Translations under genes and position numbers: made by a program | Origin: Eledone cirrhosa | Taxonomy: Eukaryota | Direction of reading: 5' to 3' | Assembly (NCBI GenBank): GCA_964016885.1 | Contig: OZ024743.1 | Span: forward strand, 215,078,001-215,142,000 | Length of the DNA stretch: 64,000 nt | In this document: piece after piece, positions 29,288 through 43,685 of the stretch | Numbering within the stretch: position 1 is the first letter of the stretch | Layout: each line of letters starts with the position of its first letter | The notes under the pieces: generated by a model | What the model was told of the DNA's origin: nothing | What the model saw: only the letters and a program-made list of their open reading frames with translations | Database searches by the model: none

Positions 29288-32200
29288 CTAGCAAAAAGCC
29301 CGACATTCCTCGGGGTTTAATTGCTTTAAAGTACTCTTAATGATTCCACTCAATTATGATTGTTGAGGCAAACATTGATATAAGTTCCCGCCCAATCAAT
29401 CGATTTGCAACGGGATAGAAAGCCGTGCAAAGGGTTTTGAAACACTCTCAGAACGGGGTAACAATGGAATGTAAGGTGGCCCTGAAAAGGGCCGTGTTAT
29501 CGTTCTCACAGTGGTAACAATTTGGTAGGATGTCCTGGAAATGGTTGTAAATCGTTCGCAGGTGAAGAGGGCCTCTTCCTCTTCCACCGATGGCAGTGGA
29601 CATGCTGTCACGAAACTTCATGCTCTGTGAAAAGAGATTGAATGCCCCATGGAGAAAAGAGGGGGAATAAGCATGGGTAAGTAAATACGGATATGTTTGA
29701 AAATATATAACAGTAGCATCTACTCACCATATGTCAGACCAGCTAGACTGAAGTGGTGCTGAATAGAGGAGTCACAACATCTCTCTGTAGACCACATTTT
29801 TTGTTCAGCCTTTGGGCGCAAGTATGAATAAGTTCTGCTTGCATCCGACTCTTGAGCCTGCGACGTATAATTGGCCGTGTGAGAAGCACGGCTGGCCTAA
29901 ATGGAGGCCTACCGTTGTTAGCGTTTGGCCTTGGGACTTGTTGATTGACATCGCGAAGCAAAGTTTAACGGGGAATTGAAGTCGGCGCAGAGTACAGGGG
30001 CATTCCTTACCTGATGGAGTTAATGGTATCCTGGGTATAAAACCTTTTTCCCCAGCGCCGCAGCCCGAGAGAATGGTGGCTTCAATTTCATGCGGCAGGA
30101 GGTTTCTTACCACTAAACGTGGTCCAATGCAGAGACTCGGTGCTTGCAGGTTCCTCAACAGCATCACTGGAGCGCCATTTTTGAGGCGCAGTTCATGAGG
30201 TGGCAGTCCGGAGAGGACCAAGAAAATGAGGAATTCTGTGGGAAAATCGTCAACCTCAGTTTGTCCACAACTGTGTCCACAGATTTGTATCTATGGAGGT
30301 TTCGTTGCAGAAAGTCCTCATTAATTTGTGCAACAGACACATTTTTGGGAGCTAACATGGCTCTATCATACAGCCAACTCGTGTTTTTGTAGTTGATGGC
30401 CATATCGGGAAAGACAGAGGCTGTGATGGCGTAAACAGTGTCGACAACGGTGCCTACTTGCGAGACTGTCATTTCTCCAGCTGCATCTGAAGGTGCAGTT
30501 CCGTCACCAACTGTTAACAGGTCCTTTGAGAAGTCGGCTGATAAGTGGTCGCCGAACACTTGGGCTCTCATGTTTGTTGTGAGGGTCAGAATTGTCACCT
30601 CCTGCCACAGGTGAGATGACTTAATGCAGGCCACCACAGTGTCAGCTCTGGTGGCTTTTGGAACAACTGGAATAGTTTGTCGAAAATCGCCAGACAGCCG
30701 TAGAGGTACCGGTACTCTCTCATCGGCCGGTTTCATACCCTGATGTCTCGTAGAGTCCTGTCTAACACCTCAAGGGACCCTTCATGGGCCATTGTGCATT
30801 CGTCCCACACAAATAGCTAGCATCTTTTCAAGACTTCTGCTTTGTCAGAGTCCTTGGTGATATTGCAGGTTATTGTGTCGTCTGAAGTCGCGTTGAATGG
30901 TACTTTAAATGCGGAATGAGCTGTCCTGCTTCCGAGCAGCAGAGTTGCAACAATCCCAGAAGAAGCCACAGCCAGGGCGATCATTTTTGCTGTCGCGCTT
31001 TGGCGAGCAGGATTTTAGTGATGAATGTTTTACCAGCTCCTCCTGGGGCGTCCAAAAAAGAAGATACCTCCTATGCGTTGACGAATGGAAGTGCAAATTG
31101 TGTCATACGCCTACCGTTGATCCTGCAACAATTTCGGCTCGTTTGCGTTGAACAGTTCGAGGGCGTCGACGTCGTAGGCAGTTTCCTGAATTATGCCCGT
31201 CGGAAGTTTGTCCGAGCCCGTTCGCTGAACTTTTGGCAGTCCATAGAATGGAAGGTCATTTCCGCCGGCAGTTAGGATTTTGTCCTCAAAGTCAATGAGA
31301 GCTTTGTTGAAGAATTCGTCGCTGAGTCGTACGTCAGATGAGGGAGTTGCAGTTATCATTGGTGTATGTAGTCATCGGAGAGGTCCTCTTTGTATTTCTT
31401 CCATAAGGATACAGGGTCGCTTAGCTCGCATGTCTACAGTAGCACCGGTAAGAGCTGCCGAAGACTTCGCGGTGAGCGTATTCTAACTGCTTCCGCCAAT
31501 GTTGCACCCACTGAGCGCCATCTTCCAGTAGACCCCGTCTAAGGTAGGCTGCGCGGAATCAAGTACAAACCTCTCCGTTTATTGTTTTCAGATCGTCGAA
31601 GGAGGTCTGTCCTACCACCCCATGCAGTAGAAGGCGGAGATAAAAGCATTCCTGTTGGTTAGGATGAATTGTGTAGACTCTCCCAAGGGTAGGGGAGATT
31701 TTAATGTCTGGATGTCCCTCGACGGTTTGTCCTTTCACCTTTCTTAACCAAATTCTGTTGACTGTATTCCAAGTGTAGTATGATAGCACCTGAGAGTAGA
31801 AGATGATTTTGGCGACGGGATCGTTTCGACATAACTTAACAAAGGCCATAAGTGTGGTGTCCTTGTGTTCCTTTGCTATCTCAGCAGCGGTAGAAGCGGT
31901 GAAGTAGACACTTTGACCGTTTTCAAGGTGCACCGCCAACTGTTCGATTGGGGTCAGGAGTAGTTATGGTGTATTTTAAAGTTGAAAAATCACCAGAACG
32001 CTTCTGTATCGGCCGACCTGGTATCGAGAGATATCGTCTCGGCTGTTTTCCATTTTAAGACCCCTTATAGATGTACTTGCAGATGTACTTTATTGATTTC
32101 ACGGAGTGGCAGTATTCAACGTTAATGTGGGCGTTAAACATGTTTAAGCAGAAGTGGGCAGTAGGGTACAATCCACCCGTTGTCGACGTGGTAATGTGGG

Positions 32201-35064
32201 GTTTTCGCAACAATTCCTCCATCCGCTGGTTCGCTGCGGCGGTATAATGGGTAACCGTGCCAGCTGTCTGAGTTTCTAGGAGGAATGGCCTTGGACACCT
32301 CTTGATGTTCCCTTTTTTTTTAATGCATGGCAAATTCATGTTGAAACCGTTTCCACTTGGTCCGTGAACAATGTGAGCAGTGACGATGTTGTGGAGATCT
32401 CTGTCCAATTTCGGGTCGGGTATTTCTGCTGAAATAATGCTGTCAATGCTAGTTGCGTTGATTTTCGTTATTAGACAAATGAGTATGTGGGAGTGTGGCA
32501 GGCCTCTCTTTTGCCACTCAACGGTGTATACGTAGCACCTAACAGGTCCAAAGGCCTTACCGGATTGTATGAGTTTAATAAGTTTTGTCAATTTCAAGTG
32601 GAGGATTCGTGCCGTAAAGTCGTGTCGCTCTTACGCCCTTTGTCCGGGGAATAATTCCGCAGTAATTTCAGTCCACTTATGGTTGCAAGTTAAAGTGATG
32701 AAGAGATCTGGTTGCCGTAGAGACGCACGTAAGTCATAGCATCCTGTATGCGTTCACTCATGTATCGCTGACTCCCAATAAACCTCGACGGAAGGATACA
32801 ATGTTTTCCAATATTCTCGGAATTGACGTAATTCCTTACTCCATCCCGTAAGTGAATGTAGCTGTCTGAACGAAGGAGTGCTTGATTTTTACTTATTTAG
32901 CACAGCCTTTCAGATTCCATCGTTGCGCACGCGTCTACAGCAAGTTGGCTGAAGAGTACTCTTGCACAGTGGAGGTGGTTAAAGCAGCCTTCGCGGACCA
33001 TGAATCGGTAGGCGTAGAATTGCACACAGGAAACAGTTTTGTTGCTTTGCACAAAGTAATTCCAAAGTGGTATCCATCGTCACCGAATGGGAAAAGAAGG
33101 GGGTATTGGAATGCGTTGTAGGACCTATGCGTCTCGCTGATCCTTTGTAGAGTGCTGTCCCTACACTGAAGTTTGATGTGTCCCGCGTGTTGTACACTTC
33201 TCCATGAAGATGCACAGCTATCATTGCACGTGGGAGCGTTAAAACGGCCGGCGTGGGTACCTGTAAGTTTCCTGTCAGCGTCGATTATAGCAGAAAATGT
33301 TGGCGCCAGAGTGGCCTCCAATGCGCATTTGAAATTGCGAACGTAGTTGTTGTTTTCATGCTGCATTCTCTGAAGTTCCAACAGAATTTTCATCTCTGTG
33401 TCAGGCGAAATTAAAGCGCGTCGTTTCGCTTGGTCCAAATAGTCAGTGACAGAGTATAGCTGGAGGAACTGGGGCTCTCCGTCTGTCCAAGGCAGGAGCG
33501 AACCGAACCTGTGGTAAATTTGTCCTTAAACTTTAAAGGTAGGCATGAAGCCGTACTCCCGTATGACGTTAGCTCCGAAAGAGGTCATTTGGAAGGCAGC
33601 GTTGTATCTCCTGGAACATTGAAGGAAGTTTTCAGACTCCGCTGTGGCACCGGTAAGTAGAGATTTCAAAGGTTGTGGTGGTTCCTGTAGAAGAGGCAGT
33701 TTCACTTTGCCGTCAAAGTAGCACATCCCTGAAGTCTCCTCAGACCACTTTTTTTGCCCGGCAGGATTGGCAAATGTCGGACATGGATCCAACTTGAACT
33801 TCTGGCAGTAGTGCATAGTTAACTGTAGGGTCATAGTGGAAAGCCTTATGATATCACTTAGTACAACTGATCCTCAGAGTACCTCGTTGAAACTCCTGCG
33901 GAGTGCATTGGCGTTTCGTCTGTGTAATCGAATTTGCGCAGTCTCTGACGCGCGCACAGAAGCGGTTGAAGCGGCGTCCGCACGCCGGTGTCTGGAACGC
34001 TGCCCTTCGTCCTCACCAACACATGACGCAGCAGGTGAGGCGGCATCTCTTCCTCGCCGTCTGGAACGCTGTTCTTGGTCCTCACCAGCACGCGCCGCAG
34101 CAGTGGAGGCAGCATTTTTGCTTCGTCGTCGAGAATATTGTTCATCAGATTGCGCTGCACGTGCAACTGCAGTTGGAAATGCATTCCCGGAAAGGCGAAT
34201 GCTCCTCTGTCCTTTTGTCTCGGTTGACCGGGTAATTGCATTTCGAGTTACATTTTGTGACAACCGAGTCAAATTGTCGAGGGACGACTCTGTAGCTATT
34301 CTTCCTTTGGCAGCAGAAGCAGCTTTCGTTTGGCGACTAAGCCGTGGTCTTTTCCTGGGGGGCATGACCGTAGTGTCAACGTATGTTTTAAAAATAAGTT
34401 TAAAAAGGGAAACAAGAAGTACTAATTAAAGCGAACGCGTAAATATTTATGCAGCTAATGGAGCAAAGAAGGGGGTAGCGAAAAATGTCAATTGAACAGT
34501 GAATAAGTGAAAAGTGAGTACTAAGTAAGTTGTAGCAAGAATGCACGTCAAATAGTAGGTCGAACCTGTAAACCAAGCACATCTGAGTTATAGCACAGGT
34601 TAGGTAAACAGGGGCGATAATTTGGAGCACACTGGAAAAGAAATCATCAAAATCGGACGTTCGTAAAAAAGGTTTTCCCGCTATTTTTTTTATCAGAATA
34701 TTTATATTACGTTTTTTCCTCATATTGCTAAAAAGAAAGAAAAAACATTACAAAAAGGACAACAAAATATAATGTCTTTGTTGAGATTCAAGTCCATACG
34801 TCGGCGTCTGGAACGCTGCCCTTCGTCCTCACCAGCACGTGACGCAGCAGTTGAGGCGGCAAGAGAGAGTTAGAGCATGTATTTAGTTTTATCGATTTTT
34901 TTCATAGAAGCAGGATATTATTGGCAAAGTTTATGTCACGTTGACCATCGTCGTAAATTTGGAGCACATTGGAAACAAAACCATCAACATTGGTAGAGAA
35001 ATGTGGAAATGCATAAACATCATACATACACACAGACAGACATCTTCAGTTTTATATATAGAGA
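29288..35064 (-). mobile_element. Full-length degenerate Helitron (~5.8 kb)
   Basis: 5' TCTCTATATATAAAA at ~35064. 3' hairpin cccga-ggaatg-tcggg followed by CTAG|T at 29288-29291. RepHel remnants lie between. Confidence 0.93.
29760..34365 (-). pseudogene. Helitron RepHel (HUH Y2 Rep + PIF1-type SF1B helicase), many frameshifts and stops
   Basis: YNAAFQMTSFG, FQYPLLFPFG, VEWQKRGLPHSHIL, KYICKYIYKG, FYLRLLL, LDAPGGAGKTF, WDECTMAH, GDFRQTIPV, FAMSINKSQGQT, HGQLYVAGSRV. Basic N-terminus with ~24-aa repeats. Confidence 0.95.
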
Positions 35065-36319
35065 GTTAATTTCCGGCTGGCTGAGATGAATAAATCCAGC
35101 ATATATGGAACAGATGCGAAATTATTGAGTCCATAACCAGTAACTAAAAGCAAACAAATAGTCGGAAAACTTAAAATATAAATCCAGAACGCCACCTCAG
35201 CTGTGAAACTACCAGCCCTAATACAAGTATGCAGAACCACCACTTAGTCGCGACATTTTAAGTCTTTCGAGCAAATATATGATATCCATTTCGTACATTG
35301 CACTAGCACCACATGACACTTTCATACATCAAGTGTGTTAGAGGTGAGTTATGTTATATATATATATAGATATCATATTCCAGGGATTTAGAATTATTGC
35401 GATTTTCTATTTTCTAATGGTACGACCGATATATATATATATATGAGCGATTTTGTGGATTGACTCTTGAGTATGGAAATTATCAAAATATGTCTGGCTC
35501 TTAATGCCGATCATGCTACGATGGGTTTCACCTCTTTTTCAATCTTCTATAATTGCGCATTTCATCAAAAGCTGATATTTACTGCCATATATACCTTTCT
35601 GACACTCATTATGAACTTCTGGTAGTATATTATTGTGTTCCATATTTGTTATTATCGGGTTGTAGATTCATGATACGAGGTTTTCATATGTTGTTAAAAT
35701 GTATGTTTCATATATTTCATTCTGTGGTTGTATGATATCTTTGGGTTGGAAATTTGAGTAGTTTTCCCTTCAACGTCTAAACAGGGGAGATTCTGATATG
35801 TTTAGTATTTCATTAAATATCGTTTCCATACATCATTTGCTACGTATTAAATGTTTTAGAAAGAAAATAGGTTCAATGTCTTTTCTTAATATTTTCCAAT
35901 TGCTTGTAGTTCATAATTTGTAAGTGTTCTCCGAGTTGGCGATAGGAGACAATATATGTAGTTATATGTAATACCCATTGTGAATTTCTGTTGTGCCTGA
36001 TACCATTGTGCTATATTCCTTGCCAGTGTATCTAAATTCGTATTGCTGTCGGTGCGTCTTCTATTGGTACAATTCATTTCCTTGATATTTATTTTAGGTG
36101 TTTTTTTTGTTTGCCTCGAAGGAGATATCTTTTTTGTCACATTGATTTAATTACCTTTTTTGTCATGTTACGCTCTGCTTGCTGTTCTTTTTGTTCCCAG
36201 AATGTCCTCAAATGTTATTTATTTTGCAGGATATTTGCTATTAAATTAATTCGTAATAACACTCGTGGTTTTAGCATCGTTTCATCGAGGTTGGAAACAT
36301 TAGCTGTTCACATATATAA

Positions 36320-36455
36320 TTGATTCGACTCCAGTACTTGGCTATCACTTTAATTTACGGATAGAAGGATGAAAGTCAAATTTGACCGTGTCGGTATTTG
36401 ATCTCGATAACATTTTATGAGAGGCTCAACCAATTCTGTCAATCAACCAACCGTA
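36320..36455 (-). mobile_element. Decayed tRNA-derived SINE
   Basis: gaaggatgaaagtcaaatttgacc..cggtatttgatctc resembles the reverse complement of the SINE at 57019-57210. Confidence 0.6.
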
Positions 36456-38139
36456 CTAGGCAATAATAGCAACTAACATGGCAATTTCGATCATTATTAC
36501 GATAGGATTTTATTTCTTTTTAATATCAGTGTATTTTTGTATAAATATCATTGAAATATTAGGAACATATGTTCGTTATCAACAAATAAAAAATAGATAG
36601 CATATAATTAATTATATCCAAACATGTTTATCTCTCAAAGGTAATTTGTCTATATACTTTCACTATTTTATTTAGAACATAATAATACTTTCTCTCTAAT
36701 GGGAAATGTAAGAACAGCTACTTGTAAACATTTATTCATAAGTCCGTATTAAAAACAGCTATCGAAAACTATATTACAATATCTACCGATCACCGAGAAT
36801 CTCTTCATATATTTCAATGGCAAGAAAGTGTTAAAACCGTTAACATTATATCATTCATAACTATGTGTAGAGTAAAATGTAAAGAAATGTGTACCTCGTC
36901 GAAAGAAAAAGCAATGGATTCCGAATCTAAGTTATTTATCATAGTAAATCATGTGTAATCCAAATATACAAATCTGGATAATTCCGCTATGTAAATTTAA
37001 CTTCATAAAAAGACAAATGCATTATAAACAATTACTTCCGAAGAATTCATCTTCATCAAATATGGATAACTTGCCCAAATATTCAGTCAAAACTCATCAC
37101 TTAATTAATCAGTGTTCTTTCTTTACATCGTTTACAAACGGGGAAATCGTTGTTTCGTCTTCACATTTCACTGTTCCATTAAATTGTGAATTATGTTAAC
37201 AGTATTTCGTACACATTTATTACTACACGTAATATTTATGTTCTTCAATTTATATGACTACATTATAAATGACATTTCATATTATCTGATTAGCTACATG
37301 ATATGATGACTAATTATAAAAAGAACGTATATAATATTTTAAAAAACATTTATTACTTTATCTTGCAGATGAAAAAACTACATACAAATATATTACTATT
37401 TACCAATTATTGTATGCGTGTACACATGTGTGGAATTGAAAAGCTACAGCAAAATATACTGTACACATTATCACTATTATATGCAGAGGACAAAAAGCTG
37501 TGCAAATATGTGGAAATGTATACATATTTTTCGAATCACCCACAAAAACAAAACTTGCACTTTTATTTCTAGGCTGAATATGGTTACCTAAAAATTGATT
37601 AATCGAGGAGAATTGTCATCTGGTGTGCACACATGCACACATACGAACAAATAGAGGGATAGAGTGATAGAGAGTGAGAGAGAAGTATATCCATATATTC
37701 ACATAAGCACGCACTCATGTATGTACGTATAAATGTATGTTCTTCTGGTTTTATAATTTCACAAAGTTTTACCAATAGAGACAGACCCGGTTTCTGACAT
37801 AGACACAAGACTCTCTCATTGGAATTTACACATCATAAACTAGGAAGATATGTATGTATGCATGCATGTGTAGATATGGATATTATTGTATGTGCGGATG
37901 TGTATGTTTTGAATTGTATGTGTGCATGTGTATATGCTTTGCAGCTGTACATGTGTATATACAGTTATTAGATGCAAGATATTTGGAATGTTTTACATAT
38001 TTTGACTGTTCCATTAATGGATTGAACTTGTAATTTCCTAACTAGTTGTGTTCTTTCTGTTCCTGTGAAGCCTAGCTTCTCAAGATTTGTATTGGATCAG
38101 ATACTAACATACCCCAGTGGCCCAATAATCAATATGTAA

Positions 38140-38197
38140 GTATGTATGTATGTATGTATGTATGTATGTATGTATGTATGTATGTATGCATGTATGC

Positions 38198-38261
<64 letters not shown>

Positions 38262-38288
38262 ATATATATTATATATATATATTATATA

Positions 38289-38332
<44 letters not shown>

Positions 38333-38367
38333 ATATATATTTATCTATATATATAATATATAAATAT

Positions 38368-38398
<31 letters not shown>
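38140..38398. repeat. (TATG)n followed by interrupted (AT)n
   Basis: Direct reading. Confidence 0.95.
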
Positions 38399-38443
38399 GT
38401 GACGAAACATAAGTCAATTGCATGTACTCATAATCCTTTATTT

Positions 38444-38500
38444 ACTGCTATATATATTTCGATGATAGCCATTGAATAGCTATGACCTCATCAGGGTGTT
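38444..38500 (-). ncRNA. Type I hammerhead motif in an orphan pLTR-like island between (AT)n tracts
   Basis: CTGATGA-ggtcatagcta..tggctatcatc-GAAA-TATATA-TA; stem I poor. Confidence 0.6.
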
Positions 38501-38617
38501 AGTCAGTTCTTAGATATGCCATCTCTGTGTGTATAGTGTTGATGGTATCATAGCCTTGGGTCGTTGAGTGCTCCCTATCCGCATACGAAAGTACTGGATT
38601 TTACCAACACTATATAT

Positions 38618-38648
<31 letters not shown>

Positions 38649-39024
38649 TATATATATATATTATATATATATATTATATATATATATTATATATATATAT
38701 ATATTATATATATATCTTTTTTCCTCAAGAGTTAGTTCTTTCGTTGCTACAGATCGCGCTGCTGAATTAGCGGTCGCTATCTTCAGTTTGTAAACCCCTT
38801 TAAACTGTATTTTATTACTCTGAGGTCTATACCTTGTCGAGTGTCTGGATGCACTGCTGAACGTATTCGTTGGCTTACCCGCTGCTTGAACTTCGAATAT
38901 GCTGTATTTCCATTCATATATATATATATATATATATATTTGCGTAATATTGCCAGAATTAATAACAGAACACACTCACTGTTTGGTTGGTTTTCGCTTC
39001 TCGCTGTCTTTTATATATATATAT

Positions 39025-39601
39025 CTGCGATCTAACTTACTCGGTCCTCAATGTTGCCATTGACTGACCGGCGGTCAAAAATAATACAGATACAATATAG
39101 ACAAACACATATATATATAGTTTACATAATTTACATAAATCTTTCGTTGCACATCTGCAACATCGTCAGTGGTGTTATATTCATTGTTCCTCCTGTTGTG
39201 TTGTATGTCTACGCCATTTTTTTTGTTCAGTCTGTCTATATATTTATTTATTTATTAGCTTGTTTGTTTATCTTATTTTATTTTGTCTTCTTTGCGCATG
39301 CGTTTGCGTGTGTGTTATGTGTGATGTGTGACTAGTGTGTATAGTGTTGTGTCTGCTGGGTGACTAGTGTGTGTTTATGTGCTTGTGTATGTATTTATTT
39401 ATCTTATTTTATTTTATTTTATTTACTTATTTATTTATACTTCTCTTAGGTCAGTGTTGTTTGTTTGGGTGTTGTTGTTGTTCCACTCATTCTTTCTGTT
39501 TAGCTTTGGTCTTCTAATTTCTATTTCACTGGCCTCTCTGATTTGCCTATCTGCTGGGTCAGTCAATGGCAACATTGAGGACCGAGTAAGTTAGATCGCA
39601 G
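39025..39601. mobile_element. MITE-like non-coding element with 45-bp perfect terminal inverted repeats in (TA)n
   Basis: 39025-39069 is the reverse complement of 39557-39601; both ends are flanked by (TA)n. Confidence 0.65.
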
Positions 39602-40147
39602 ATATATATATATGTTTTAATGTATTATTATTTATAAAACTTACACTACATTGTAAATATCAGTATTCCTGAATGAAACAAGTATTCACGATGTGTGAAA
39701 ATTCATTATCTTATGTTTAGTTTTAAAAAATTCATATGTTTATGTGACAGCTACAAAACATCAATGTGAATCCAATTGATTCACTCCGCAAACTAAGTTA
39801 CCGGAAAACATTCTCAATGTGGTATAAACATTTGAGCGTATTATTATTCTTGCGATTACTCTACAAGATTATCTATCAAACAGAAATAGAGAGCAGATTT
39901 CAATATACTAATCGAAAATATATATTATATTATAAACAAAGATAACAATAATAATAATAATAAGTAAAAATATATAAAAATATAGAATAGAAAACTAAAA
40001 AAATATTACGAAAGAATATTACATAATAAAAATATTGCATATTAAAAATACTACGTATTAAAAAATATTACGTATTAAAAATTTACATATAAAAATATTA
40101 AAAATAAAATAAAAAATAAAAATATTATAGAATACTACAATACTAAA

Positions 40148-40324
40148 AGAATAAAAATAAAAATAAAAATAAAAATAAAAATAAAAATAACAATAAAAAT
40201 AAAAATAAAAATAAAAATAAAAATAAAAATAAAAATAAAAATAAAAATAAAAATAAAAATAAAAATAAAAATAAAAATAAAAATAAAAATAAAAATAAAA
40301 ATAAAAATGAAAATAAAAATAAAC
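40148..40324. repeat. (AAAAAT)n hexanucleotide microsatellite
   Basis: Direct reading. Confidence 0.97.
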
Positions 40325-40716
40325 CACAAAGAACAACCCTTCAAAATTAATTGACAATATATTGCCAAGTTCATTACAAGACAAAGCCAAAAATTATCTA
40401 TCAAATCACATCTTGCAAAGAATATCGCAAAAAAGATTATGATGTCCAATAATGTCTACATATGTTCCTATATTTAATATAGAAGTTTATCTAGTGTAAG
40501 GTTAATTCAAAAAATTTGGAGCATCGGCTTTTAGGGTAGCTTAATTTTTCATGAGGAATGTTTAGATAAAAAATGAGGAATGTTTAGATAAAAATAAAAA
40601 TAAAAATAAATAAAATAAAATAAACAATAAAAAGAGTAAAAGGAGGGAATCAGAGATTTAGGAATCAAAAGATTTATCGGCTAGTTCTCATATAAATATA
40701 AATCAAACTAAATATA

Positions 40717-42860
40717 CTACATTTTAAATTTAAATTTATATTTAAACGTTGAGTTTAATCTATGTTTGCAACAACTGAATAAATTTGTCCGTAGGTTAAG
40801 GGAATTTTTAGATTTTAGTATAAAGAATATCTCCTCTGCGCAGAGGTCACATGTCTCAGAGGATGAATTAAAAGGAATCCCTCTTGAGACTATATTCCAA
40901 GCCGTCGAATATCTAACGTTATCTAGCTTAAGTTGCCAGAGTACCCCTGATAGTGCCGTTGAAGATTTTTTATTTGGATCTGTGAAAGAATTCTTGTGGT
41001 TATTATAGCGAAGTTTAAATTCCGTCGATGTGGAACCGACGTAGTTAAAAGAATTAGAGTCAGTATTAACATTACAATTGTATACTATATTTTTAACTAA
41101 GCAGTTGTTATTTAACGGACATTTAGATCTATCTCTACAGTTACATTTGTTAACTTGTATATTATTTATGCTATTATCAGTAGGTTTTAAGTTCCTATTA
41201 TTTATTCTATTAATATTTTGTGCTAAATTTTTGGTGGATGAGTAGGTTAATTTAATTGTATGCCTATTGAAGATTGAGTGATACCTATGTGTTCTAGGGA
41301 AGCGATTATCAAGAGCTTTGAAAAATAATTTAGCGATGTGGGTTTTAATGTTTAGTGAGAAAGGGGGGGGGCAAACCAAATTATGTTCCTAGTTCTATTT
41401 CTTTTTTGTCCTTTGGAATTATTGTAATGCTTTCTATTATAGTTGTTAATGTTGTTGCCGTAATTAAAAAAGTTGTTACTTTGTTTAGTTTGTCTATCAT
41501 TATCTATGTACACAATCTTATCAGCATACCCTGCCCTAGCTAGTGCATCATTATAGTATTGGGCCTTTTCGTCAAAAATCTTTCTATTCGACGAGATCCT
41601 AGAGATACGTTTTTGGACTGAGTTTACTATAGTGTTTTTGACAGATCTGGGGTGGTTAGAGTTAAAGTTGACATAGTTTAAGTTTTCATTCAACTTGTGA
41701 AAAGGATAGTGGAGACATGTGTTGAGATTTAATGTTATATCTAGGAAATTGACTATTCTATGGTTGTTCTCAATTTCTATTTTAAGGTTAAAGTAATTAA
41801 AAAATTTTGTAATTTGTTTACATTTTCTATTTAGTTCAGGGTTATTATTATTAATAAGTAAAAGCATGTCATCCCTATATAAACCTCCGGTAGTACAAGG
41901 TATTTTCCTATGTAGCGAATTGATTAAAAATAAGCCCACAAGGTCAGTTACCTGAGCTGAGTCGGAAGATCCCATAGTTATGTCAAAATTGCTATCTCTA
42001 TCTGCTCTGGTCCATAATTTGTCATTAAATTCTATCAAAGTGTTCCTAGCCGATAATATAATATGCATTTCTTTGCTACTTAGGTCCGTATGTTTGAATG
42101 CGTACTTTAGTGCCTTATTTAGTAGACTAGGGGTAATAGAAGAATAATAGTTAGCTATATCAAGTTGAATAAACCTATTATTATTGTCATATTTAATTTG
42201 CCTAAACCACTCAACAACCTCTCCAGTTCCCTTCCACAAGCTCAGGTTAGATACACAATCCAAGTTCTTAATTTGCAGTATCACCCTGTCAAGAATGTTT
42301 TTGCTTAATTTGCCCAGGTCCGATTTTGAAGGTGCGATCAATCTAACTGGCAGGTCATTTTCAAAATTCCTCTTGTGGTCCTTCATATTGATCTTCGCTT
42401 TCCTGGGCACGAAAGGTTGTGTTCTGTTCTCAATTTCCAACTCATGCATTATACAAGATGCTTCAACATTCATTTTCTCAAGTTCAGCCTTATCTGCTAC
42501 CTTGTATTTTTTCCTCAGCTCTTTCAGTATGAGGCCATTATACATGTCTTTCCGCACTCCATAGAGGTTGTTGGTCTTGTCAGATTTCACCAAGATCTTC
42601 TCAGTTTTCTCTAAGCTCTCAATGTTATCCTTAATGCCTTTCAGATATTCCTGGCCTTTAAAGTTTCTCTTGAATTTGACCCCTTGTATGATAGAAATTA
42701 TATCGTTTTCAAAGTCAGATAAAAGTTTGTTAAGGGGTGGATTTCTTTTAGATTTGAAAACTTTGTTTAAGTCCGAGATATTTTCGTCTGCATTAGATTT
42801 ATCAAAGTGGAATGCACGCCACCTGATTCTCCTTATAAAAGAGTCAGATTTATCTACCTA
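40717..42860 (-). pseudogene. Naiad-type PLE RT + GIY-YIG, 5'-truncated, one frameshift at G-run 41363-41371
   Basis: KSDKT, KDHK, RLIAPSKSDLGKLSK, DIANYYSSI, MGSSDSAQ, GLYRDD, CNCxxxxxCPLxxxC, IVYNC..YVGST..FKLRYNNH, CDLC, CKH. Confidence 0.93.
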
Positions 42861-43215
42861 ATTCTCCTTATAAAATAGTCAGATTTATCTACCTAATTTT
42901 CTATATATATATATGTATCTATCTCTATTTCCTCTCTCTCTATATATATATATATCTTTCTGTCTCTTTACATGAAGCTCTTCGCTTTATCTATTTTTCC
43001 ATCTCTCTATTTTGTTCCATGCATTTCTTCTTTTTCTTTTTCTTCTTTTTCTTCCTTTTCTTCGTTTTGTCTTTCTTTCTTTCTTTGTTTTTTCCCTCTT
43101 TTCTTTCTCTCTTTCTTTCTCTCTGTATTTTCACTGCTAGCGTAAACCTCTTCAAATGAAGTTGATGTTTATTACGGTATGTCGAATATATTTATCTATA
43201 AAACTGTTTATATTG

Positions 43216-43281
43216 TATTTTGTCTGATGAATGCATAGCATATTGTTAATATGATATCCCCGAAATATATATAATGAAATA
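43216..43281 (+). ncRNA. Type I hammerhead, module-B family, single orientation
   Basis: tattttgt-CTGATGA-...-GAAA-TATATA-TA-atgaaata. Flanks 43200-43325 match the loop and right arm of module B. Confidence 0.7.
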
Positions 43282-43407
43282 AATATGGTTTTATAAATAT
43301 AGTTTTCCATTCATTTAATATTGTATATATAATATATATATATATATAATATATATATATATATATAATATATATATATATATATAATATATATATATAT
43401 AATATAT

Positions 43408-43439
<32 letters not shown>

Positions 43440-43567
43440 ATATATATATATATATATAATATATATATATATATATAATATATATATATATATATAATAT
43501 ATATATATATATAATATATATATATATATATAATATATATATATATATATAATATATATATATATAT

Positions 43568-43599
<32 letters not shown>

Positions 43600-43649
43600 A
43601 TATATATATATATAATATATATATTTATATATATAATATATATATATAT

Positions 43650-43685
<36 letters not shown>

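Noticed and set aside
38735-38795. Possible minus-strand hammerhead (CTGAAGA...GAAAGAACTA)
   Set aside because: Stems I and II do not pair convincingly.
41352-41379. Frameshift between the two Naiad ORFs as programmed frameshifting
   Set aside because: It falls in a 9-G homopolymer, and sister Naiads read straight through the W(Y/F)NP motif. A mutation or sequencing indel is more likely.
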